Part shown: in pieces, positions 12,401-21,165 of the stretch
Position numbering within the stretch: the stretch's first letter is position 1
How the letters are laid out: the number at the start of each line of letters is the position of its first letter
Source of the DNA: Auanema rhodensis
Taxonomy: Eukaryota; Animalia; Nematoda
Length of the DNA stretch: 64,000 bases
Reading direction: 5' to 3'
Assembly: GCA_964057225.1 (NCBI GenBank)
Contig: OZ059897.1
Location: 10,788,001-10,852,000, forward strand
The notes under the pieces: generated by a model
Database searches by the model: none
What the model saw: only the letters and a program-made list of their open reading frames with translations
What the model was told of the DNA's origin: nothing
Made by a program: the position numbers and the translations under genes

Positions 12401-15400
12401 ATTGCTTGCTTGTCATGTTAGATTTGTTTAATTCAAATACTTATTTAAGTTCTAACAATTTTTGATTTAATCACGTTCAATTAACTGTATTGTTTTCAAA
12501 AATAAAGACATCTTTCAATTTCTGGTCATTGAATTAGAATTTTCATGTTGTCACACAGGAAATGAAGAATCTTAGTTCATTTCAGTAACAATGAACACAC
12601 TAACTTTGTTAAGTTGTTGTAATATCGGCCCAAGTAGTATAGTGGTTAGTACTCCACGTTGTGGCCGTGGCGACACAGGTTCGATTCCTGTCTTGGGCAT
12701 TTTTTGTTTTGAAATTTAAATGCTATAAACATATTGCTTGCTTGTCTTGTTAGATTTGTTTAATTCAAATACTTATTTAAGTTCTAACAATTTTCGATTT
12801 AATCACGTTCAATCAACTATATTGTTTTCAAAAATGAAGACATCTTTCAATTTTTGGTCATTGATTAGAATTTTCATGTTGTCACACAGAAATTGAAGAA
12901 TCTTAGTTCATTTCAGTAACAATGAACACACTAACTTTGTTAAGTTGTTGTAATATCGGCCCAAGTAGTATAGTGGTTAGTACTCCACGTTGTGGCCGTG
13001 GCGACACAGGTTCGATTCCTGTCTTGGGCATTTTTTGTTTTGAAATTTAAATGCTATAAAATTATTGCTTGCTTGTCATGTTAGATTTGTTTAATTCAAA
13101 TACTTATTTAAGTTCTAACAATTTTTGATTTAATCACGTTCAATTAACTGTATTGTTTTCAAAAATAAAGACATCTTTCAATTTCTGGTCATTGAATTAG
13201 AATTTTCATGTTGTCACACAGGAAATGAAGAATCTTAGTTCATTTCAGTAACAATGAACACAATAATTTTGTTTAGTTTGTAATACCGGCCCAAGTAGTA
13301 TAGTGGTTAGTACTCCACGTTGTGGCCGTGGCGACACAGGTTCGATTCCTGTCTTGGGCATTTTTTGTTTTGAAATTTAAATGCTATAAAATTATTGCTT
13401 GCTTGTCATGTTAGATTTGTTTAATTTAAATACTCATTTAAGTTCCAACAATTTTCGATTAAATCACGTTCATTTAACTGTATTGTTTTCAAAAATAAAG
13501 ACAAAATTCAATTTCTGTTCATTGAATTAGAATTTTCATGTTGTCACACAGAAATTGAAGAATCTTAGTTCATTTCAGTAACAATGAATACACTATCTTT
13601 GTTAAGTTGTTGTAATATCGGCCCAAGTAGTATAGTGATTAGTACTCCACGTTGTGGCCGTGGCGACACAGGTTCGATTCCTGTCTTGGGCATTTTTTGT
13701 TTTGAAATTTAAATGCTATAAAATTATTGCTCGCTTGTCATGTTAGATTTGTTTAATTCAAATACTTATTTAAGTTCTAACAATTTTTGATTTAATCACG
13801 TTCAATTAACTGTATTGTTTTCAAAAATAAAGACAAAATTCAATTTCTGTTCATTGAATTAGAATTTTCATGTTGTCACACAGAAATTGAAGAATCTTAG
13901 TTCATTTCAGTAACAATGAACACACTAACTTTGTTAAGTTGTTGTAATATCGGCCCAAGTAGTATAGTGGTTAGTACTCCACGTTGTGGCCGTGGCGACA
14001 CAGGTTCGATTCCTGTCTTGGGCATTTTTTGTTTTGAAATTTAAATGCTATAAACATATTGCTTGCTTGTCATGTTAGATTTCTTTAATTTGAATACTTA
14101 TTCAAGTTATAACAATTTTTGATTTAATCACGTTCAATTAACTGTATTGTTTTCAAAAATAAAGACATCTTTCAATTTCTGGTCATTGAATTAGAATTTT
14201 CATGTTGTCACACAGAAATTGAAGAATCTTAGTTCATTTCAGTAACAATGAACACACTAACTTTGTTAAGTTGTTGTAATATCGGCTCAAGTAGTATAGT
14301 GGTTAGTACTCCACGTTGTGGCCGTGGCGACACAGGTTCGATTCCTGTCTTGGGCATTTTTTGTTTTGAAATTAAAATGCTATAAAATTAATGCTTGCTT
14401 GTCTTGTTAGATTTCTTTAATTTGAATACTTATTCAAGTTATAACAATTTTCGATTTAATCACGTTCAATCAACTGTATTGTTTTCAAAAATAAAGACAT
14501 CTTTCAATTTCTGGTCATTGAATTAGAATTTTCATGTTGTCACACAGAAATTGAAGAATCTTAGTTCATTTCAGTAACAATGAACACACTAACTTTGTTA
14601 AGTTGTTGTAATATCGGCCCAAGTAGTATAGTGGTTAGTACTCCACGTTGTGGCCGTGGCGACACAGGTTCGATTCCTGTCTTGGGCATTTTTTGTTTTG
14701 AAATTAAAATGCTATAAAATTATTGCTTGCTTGTCTTGTTAGATTTCTTTAATTTGAATACTTATTCAAGTTATAACAATTTTCGATTTAATCACGTTCA
14801 ATCAACTGTATTGTTTTCAAAAATAAAGACATCTTTCAATTTCTGGTCATTGAATTAGAATTTTCATGTTGTCACACAGAAATTGAAGAATCTTAGTTCA
14901 TTTCAGTAACAATGAACACACTAACTTTGTTAAATTGTTGTAATATCGGCCCAAGTAGTATATTGGTTAGTACTCCACGTTGTGGCCGTGGCGACACAGG
15001 TTCGATTCCTGTCTTGGGCATTTTTTGTTTTGAAATTAAAATGCTATAAAATTATTGCTTGCTTGTCTTGTTAGATTTGTTAAATTCAAATACTTATTTA
15101 AGTTCTAACAATTTTCGATTTAATCACGTTCAATCAACTGTATTGTTTTCAAAAATAAAGACAAAATTCAATTTCTGTTCGTTGAATTAGAATTTTCATG
15201 TTGTCACACAGAAATTGAAGAATCTTAGTTCAATTCAGTAACAACGAACACACTAACTTTGTTAAGTTGTTGTAATATCGGCCCAAGTAATATAGTGGTT
15301 AGTACTCCACGTTGTGGCCGTGGCGACACAGATTCGATTCCTGTCTTGGGCATTTTTTGTTTTGAAATTAAAATGCTACAAAATTATTGCTTGCTTGTCA

Positions 15401-16606
15401 TGTTAGATTTGTTTAATTCAAATACTTATTTAAGTTCTAACAATTATCGATTTAATCACGTTCAATCAACTGTATTGTTTTCAAAAATAAAGACATCTTT
15501 CAATTTCTGGTCATTGAATTAGAATTTTCATGTTGTCACACAGAAATTGAAGAATCTTAGTTCAATTCAGTAACAATGAACACACTAACTTTGTTAAGTT
15601 GTTGTAATATCGGCCCAAGTAGTATAGTGGTTAGTACTCCACGTTGTGGCCGTGGCGACACAGGTTCGATTCCTGTCTTGGGCATTTTTTGTTTTGAAAT
15701 TTAAATGCTATAAACATATTGCTTGCTTGTCATGTTAGATTTCTTTAATTTGAATACTTATTCAAGTTATAACAATTTTTGATTTAATCACGTTCAATTA
15801 ACTGTATTGTTTTCAAAAATAAAGACATCTTTCAATTTCTGGTCATTGAATTAGAATTTTCATGTTGTCACACAGAAATTGAAGAATCTTAGTTCATTTC
15901 AGTAACAATGAACACACTAACTTTGTTAAGTTGTTGTAATATCGGCCCAAGTACTATAGTGGTTAGTACTCCACGTTGTGGCCGTGGCGACACAGGTTCG
16001 ATTCCTGTCTTGGGCATTTTTTGTTTTGAAATTTAAATGCTATAAAATTATTGCTTGCTTGTCATGTTAGATTTGTTTAATTCAAATACTTATTTAAGTT
16101 CTAACAATTTTTGATTTAATCACGTTCAATTAACTGTATTGTTTTCAAAAATAAAGACATCTTTCAATTTCTGGTCATTGATTAGAATTTTCATGTTGTC
16201 ACACAGAAATTGAAGAATCTTAGTTCATTTCAGTAACAATGAACACACTAACTTTGTTAAGTTGTTGTAATATCGGCCCAAGTAGTATAGTGGTTAGTAC
16301 TCCACGTTGTGGCCGTGGCGACACAGGTTCGATTCCTGTCTTGGGCATTTTTTGTTTTGAAATTTAAATGCTATAAAATTATTGCTTGCTTGTCATGTTA
16401 GATTTGTTTATTTCAAATACTTATTTAAGTTCTAACAATTTTTGATTTAATCACGTTCAATTAACTGTATTGTTTTCAAAAATAAAGACATCTTTCAATT
16501 TCTGGTCATTGATTAGAATTTTCATGTTGTCACACAGAAATTGAAGAATCTTAGTTCATTTCAGTAACAATGAACACACTAACTTTGTTAAGTTGTTGTA
16601 ATATCG

Positions 16607-16678
16607 GCCCAAGTAGTATAGTGGTTAGTACTCCACGTTGTGGCCGTGGCGACACAGGTTCGATTCCTGTCTTGGGCA
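16607..16678 (+). tRNA. tRNA-His(GTG), last gene before retroelement copy 1
   Basis: Consensus tRNA body. Confidence 0.95.
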
Positions 16679-16921
16679 TTTTTTGTTTTGAAATTTAAAT
16701 GCTATAAAATTATTGCTTGCTTGTCATGTTAGATTTGTTTAATTCAAATAATTATTTAAGTTCTAACAATTTTTGATTTAATCACGTTCAATTAACTGTA
16801 TTGTTTTCAAAAATAAAGACATCTTTCAATTTCTGGTCATTGAATTAGAATTTTCATGTTGTCACACAGGAAATGAAGAATCTTAGTTGATTTCAGTAAC
16901 AATGAACACAATAATTTTGTT

Positions 16922-16926
16922 TAGTT
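16922..16926. other. Target-site duplication TAGTT (left, copy 1; right partner 26209-26213)
   Basis: Empty type-B units read TTTGTT-TAGTT-TGTAATACCG; here TAGTT occurs on both sides of the TG...CA element. Confidence 0.93.
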
Positions 16927-17222
16927 TGTCGCTTCGGCGAAGGTATTCGGTTGTGGGTATTCCGCTGAGAATTAATAGAACAGATAGTCAGTGGTAGAAT
17001 GCTTTATTAAAGAATTAACAATTCAACAAATAATAGATCGTCTATAGTCCGTTGAGCTTTGGTTGAGGTATATCGTATTTTCCGATCCCAAGGATGAAGA
17101 TATGGGAAGGCGGGCCGAAAAGTACAATCTGAAATAGACAAAGTAAAGGAAAACGATAAAAACAAAACTGAAATGGAACAAAACATAGAAAAAAGGATAA
17201 AAAATAATCGCTAACCGCGACA
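16927..17222 (-). repeat. 3' LTR of copy 1 (296 bp)
   Basis: TGTCGC...GCGACA inverted termini; direct repeat of 25913-26208 with 6 mismatches. Confidence 0.96.
17003..17008 (-). promoter_or_regulatory. Candidate poly(A) signal AATAAA in the LTR
   Basis: + strand TTTATT, ~75 nt from the LTR 3' end; same in all four LTRs. Confidence 0.6.
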
Positions 17223-17233
17223 CTGCCGCCGCA
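17223..17233 (-). other. Putative plus-strand priming tract (PPT position), GC-rich
   Basis: - strand TGCGGCGGCAG directly abuts TGT of the 3' LTR; positional call only, not a pure purine run. Confidence 0.45.
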
Positions 17234-17234
17234 G

Positions 17235-17720
17235 CTAAGCCATTGGCCTTTTGCGACGTTGTCCGTCGCATAATGACCCATGATGCTTATCAGAGTTGCA
17301 TTTGTAGCAGTTAGTGCTACAGGGATGCTCGTGTAGAGCCGATAAGCATCGTAAGCATAATTTCAATTGATGAGCGCGGATTCCACGCTCCATAACAGAT
17401 GAATAGATGGGACAATTGCCTGTGCGGTAACCATCAGTAGTCACCTGATCGCAAAATAGGCAAGTTTTCGTTGGTTGCGTTTGTAATCGAATCAAATTCT
17501 GATTTTCATTCAGAATTTTCATAGCTTCAGAAATGATTCTGAAGTGATTGTCCAAATACTCACTCATGTATTGGAACTTTCGATTTAAACGATTTTCAAC
17601 GAGAACAAGAGTTCGAATAGAGGTAGGAAGGTTAGAATAGGAAGGATCTTTCAATTCTTCCTCAAAAGATGGTTCATTATGAACTGTAATAGAATGTTCA
17701 ATGTTAAAATCTTCTATCAA
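17235..17720 (-). CDS. 3' accessory ORF: helical region plus Gag-like triple Zn knuckle
   Basis: 161 aa; CLFC...C, CLRCLSALHEHPC, CYKCNSDKHHGSLC; frame differs from env; track start is TTG, so true start is uncertain. Confidence 0.75.
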   Translation of the reverse strand: MIEDFNIEHSITVHNEPSFEEELKDPSYSNLPTSIRTLVLVENRLNRKFQYMSEYLDNHFRIISEAMKILNENQNLIRLQTQPTKTCLFCDQVTTDGYRTGNCPIYSSVMERGIRAHQLKLCLRCLSALHEHPCSTNCYKCNSDKHHGSLCDGQRRKRPMA

Positions 17721-18117
17721 AACAAAGATTTCTAAGAATAAAGAAAAACTTGGTTGTTGTATCTTTTATGATTTTTATAGTACGGAAAGCTGTGATCAAG
17801 AAAAAATAAATGGCTGGAGTACAACCTAGGTATCCCAAAAAACATATGAGGATCAGAAAAACAACGCAGATTAAAAACATCATCCAGTGTTCTTTAAAAA
17901 GTTTCAAAAAAGGAATTATGTCAGGTATTATAACTGAATTCTGATTTGAATGAATTTCATTAGGTTCACTAGTAGATGAATTAAAATATAATTGTCCCGT
18001 TACAATTATATCAATTTTTTCATGATTACATTTAGTATGACAAACTTCATTTATAATTGAATTATCTCTTTTAATATTGATATTTGTAATTTCATTGAAG
18101 GGTGAACATTTAATCAT
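17704..18117 (-). CDS. env: Env Gc C-terminal fragment with transmembrane anchor
   Basis: In frame with upstream env via ...SSKET*IPIECSKDVFMIKC; hydrophobic WMMFLICVVFLILICFLGYLG. Confidence 0.8.
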   Translation of the reverse strand: MIKCSPFNEITNINIKRDNSIINEVCHTKCNHEKIDIIVTGQLYFNSSTSEPNEIHSNQNSVIIPDIIPFLKLFKEHWMMFLICVVFLILICFLGYLGCTPAIYFFLITAFRTIKIIKDTTTKFFFILRNLCFDRRF

Positions 18118-18147
18118 GAATACATCTTTTGAACACTCGATCGGTAT

Positions 18148-19770
18148 TTATGTTTCTTTAGATGACATACAAGAAAACAATGCAGATGCACCCTGCCCAC
18201 AAAAATAACATCCGGAGAGACTGATCAATAAGGGACGACAAGGTATATCATAGGAAAATGTATTACTGTCATATAAAAGTTCAGAATCAATTGAAACTGT
18301 AGTTTCATCAGACTGAGTTCGAAAAGTTAAGGATGTATCGGGTTTATAGATTGTTTCCGTGTTTGCCACATACGGAGGTAAAATATGAGAAAAATGTGTG
18401 AAATTATGTTGTGGACATATACAGCCAACAACATCGTTATTGATTTTGTTACAAGTACAATCGATAACCGTTGTACATCTTGAAAAATTGTCGGAAGTGT
18501 CTGCCTTCGAAATACATTGTACCATAAATGGAAAATGTGGTTCAACAGCAAAGATTTGATTGTTTGAAGCAACAAAATAATAATTATGAAGTGGAGTAGG
18601 AGGTTTGTCTTGTGTATTGATCGTCATATTGAAAAAAGAGTAATTCATCTTCAAATATGGTGGAATTGTGATATTATAAATATTTTTATCTTTAACAATA
18701 TGTGTTGTAATTTCAAAAGTTGAAGATGTTGTCCAATCTTCACATTTAAATACTTCAAATATGTCGTCCGAAGTAGGTACATGTTCTAATTTGTAGAAAA
18801 GACAAGGGTTTTCCCAAAATGTCAAACAACGCCATATATGTGCTGAAGATCGGACACATTTGGATTGTGTTGGATAATTATATGGTTCGAATTCAGAAAT
18901 ACGAGAGCGATGATTCATAGTTTCACAAGTTTGATCACAAGATCCCATATGAGCACATCGAAAATCAACGGTTAGTTTAGGCAAAGTAGCCTTTGTAAAA
19001 AATTTTGTGGTTTTCTTACATTCAAAACTTGTATATAATTTTCGAATTTGAATATAACCAATAGAATGATTTTTAAATTTTATATCCAGGCATAAATCTT
19101 TAACTCCAGGAGAAAAAACTATTTGATCACTATATTGGTGATAACATTGAGTACGATTCAGACAATGTGTAGAAACTGAATGAATAACGTGATGATCGGT
19201 ACAAGCAGTAGCATTATTGATAAAAAATATTGTAAGTATACTGATAATTGATAATCGAGAACCTCTTTTCCAAAATAGAGGATATAATTTAGGTTCTATA
19301 TGTGGAATATTCTCAGATGAAATTGGAGGAGGTTCAATAACTCCTAATTCGATATCATTCTGTTCCGGAGTATGAGGTCTATATGTGAAAAAAGAAGATA
19401 TGTAACGAATAGTATTAGACCAGGAATTATATCGATATTGATGGAATCCTATGCGTATACAACAACAAAGGATGCCAAATAAACAACAAAGTGGTAAGAA
19501 CAATGACCACATGGCAAGATGAGGAGCACAATGTGAGTTTCCAAGCAAATGTATGGATAAAAACTTTGCCTCATCACATACTACAGAATTTGCAGATGCT
19601 ACGGGTAAAAATATCGATATTATTGTAAAAATTAAAATTGCAGACGTCATTGCTGATTTGAAATTCTTTCGCGAAGCGTATGTGATGTGATTCCGTAAAG
19701 GTAAGGTGCGAACACGGTTTGCGTTTGTTTCAGTAGATGGTTTTACGTCGTTTTGGTCAATGGTAGGCAA
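18148..19770 (-). CDS. env: Envelope: signal peptide, Gn-like stub + TM, second signal, phlebovirus Gc-like class II fusion ectodomain
   Basis: Hydrophobic segments; ATA|CTDHH Gc start; RCAHMGSC, NPCLF, LSGCYFCGQGA cysteine pattern resembles phlebovirus G2/Gc. Confidence 0.85.
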   Translation of the reverse strand: MPTIDQNDVKPSTETNANRVRTLPLRNHITYASRKNFKSAMTSAILIFTIISIFLPVASANSVVCDEAKFLSIHLLGNSHCAPHLAMWSLFLPLCCLFGILCCCIRIGFHQYRYNSWSNTIRYISSFFTYRPHTPEQNDIELGVIEPPPISSENIPHIEPKLYPLFWKRGSRLSIISILTIFFINNATACTDHHVIHSVSTHCLNRTQCYHQYSDQIVFSPGVKDLCLDIKFKNHSIGYIQIRKLYTSFECKKTTKFFTKATLPKLTVDFRCAHMGSCDQTCETMNHRSRISEFEPYNYPTQSKCVRSSAHIWRCLTFWENPCLFYKLEHVPTSDDIFEVFKCEDWTTSSTFEITTHIVKDKNIYNITIPPYLKMNYSFFNMTINTQDKPPTPLHNYYFVASNNQIFAVEPHFPFMVQCISKADTSDNFSRCTTVIDCTCNKINNDVVGCICPQHNFTHFSHILPPYVANTETIYKPDTSLTFRTQSDETTVSIDSELLYDSNTFSYDIPCRPLLISLSGCYFCGQGASALFSCMSSKET

Positions 19771-19857
19771 AATTATGGTTTGTTTTGCTTTACTTGTGTT
19801 TTTCTTTTGTAATTTTTTACGATTATCGTCAGGCGTATGATCTGGACCCCATAATTG

Positions 19858-21126
19858 TTATTCAGCTTCTTCCTCAAGGATCGGATTATGTATCGAAGAA
19901 ATTTTGGACGTAGGTATGTAAATTTTTTGAGGATTATTAATATCTATTGATTCAGGACATGTAACCACATTGTTCGTTTCATGGATTGAAGGTACAGGTG
20001 AGTTTGATCTTATAATATATTCCTGTATTGGTTGAGCATCAAGGTTCATCATATCCGAAGCAGATCCTACCTTCAAAGACAATGAAGTGTCTTCGGAAGG
20101 AGTAGATTGAGGAATTGATGTCATATCAGGTAAAACACTTCGTAATTCAAGTGGATATAGATGATTTAAGGAACGAGATATGATGTTCCCAGCTGGAGTG
20201 AGAACTTTAGCTGTACGAATGAATCCATCAGAACTACTTATAAGTTCTGTGATTCGACCAAGTTTCCATTGACCACGAGGTGAGTTATCATTATGTATAA
20301 CTACAATTTCACCAATATTAGGTTTATTGGCATTTGCTGAAGGTTGTTTTCGGGAATGTTTGTATATATCACGAATATATATCAAATATTCTGTTTGAAA
20401 TTTATCCCAAAACATCGTAGCTGCATCAGAAGTAAGTTGTAAAGTTTCTAATGCTTGTTCAACGTTTTGTATTACAGGAATATCAATGGAATTATTATAA
20501 ACTTGAGAACCACAATTATCCGGTAGGGAAAGAACAAGACCAGGCGAAATGAAATCGACAGGACGAATAGGTACGTGATTTATATTATTTAGATCTGGAT
20601 GTGTTAAAGGCCTTGTGTTAATGACTGCTTCAATTTTGACAATTAAAGTTAATAATTTATCAAATGTTAATTTATTTCGTTGTATTGCCTTTTTCATTGC
20701 ATTTTTAGTAATTCCCACCATTCTTTCCCAAGAACCTCCTTTCCATGGAGACTTAGGTGTGTTAAAGAGCCAATTTATGTTATTTTTGGCTAGATGGACT
20801 ACAATATCAGCTGGGGTGAAATTAAATTCAGCTGATTTTTGTATTGTCTCAATTAATTGAGCTCCGAGAATAAAATTACCCCCACAATCACTTCGCATTG
20901 TGGTTGGTAAACCTCGTCGGGCTATGAAACGAGTGAAAGCGTTCATAAATGAAGTCGCTGTTTGATCATAGACCATTTCAAAATGAATGGCACGTATGGT
21001 TAAGCAAGTAAAAAGACATACATAGACCTTATGTCCACTTTTAAGCATAATAGGTCCAAATAAGTCGCAACCAGTGTTAAGAAATGGTTTAGTTAATATC
21101 ACTCTATCTTTAGGCAATGAAGGCAT
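19858..21126 (-). CDS. pol: Integrase core (DDE) and C-terminal domain plus linker
   Basis: GCDLFGP (D), RSDCGGNF (D), GGSWERMV (E), INTRPL, WKLGRI...HLYPLE. Confidence 0.93.
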   Translation of the reverse strand: MPSLPKDRVILTKPFLNTGCDLFGPIMLKSGHKVYVCLFTCLTIRAIHFEMVYDQTATSFMNAFTRFIARRGLPTTMRSDCGGNFILGAQLIETIQKSAEFNFTPADIVVHLAKNNINWLFNTPKSPWKGGSWERMVGITKNAMKKAIQRNKLTFDKLLTLIVKIEAVINTRPLTHPDLNNINHVPIRPVDFISPGLVLSLPDNCGSQVYNNSIDIPVIQNVEQALETLQLTSDAATMFWDKFQTEYLIYIRDIYKHSRKQPSANANKPNIGEIVVIHNDNSPRGQWKLGRITELISSSDGFIRTAKVLTPAGNIISRSLNHLYPLELRSVLPDMTSIPQSTPSEDTSLSLKVGSASDMMNLDAQPIQEYIIRSNSPVPSIHETNNVVTCPESIDINNPQKIYIPTSKISSIHNPILEEEAE

Positions 21127-21165
21127 ATCAGGAGTGCCATATGGTAAAGATTGATATTTATTGCA

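Larger units (their letters stand above)
1..16926 (+). repeat. Tandem tRNA-His(GTG) gene array, block 1 (~51 units of 330-332 bp; begins before window)
   Basis: Unit GCCCAAGTAGTATAGTGG...GTTCGATTCCTGTCTTGGGCA + TTTTTT + AT-rich spacer recurs at 27, 357, 689, 1021 ... 16607. Confidence 0.98.

Noticed and set aside
1-16926. CRISPR-like repeat-spacer appearance
   Set aside because: Spacers are near-identical rather than unique, the repeat is a full tRNA, and there are no cas genes; the context is eukaryotic.
17023-17281. Short hydrophobic ORFs over the LTR (also 26009-26290, 37913-38171, 46899-47180)
   Set aside because: Phe-rich translation of the T-rich U3 strand; they cross LTR boundaries and have no domain signal.
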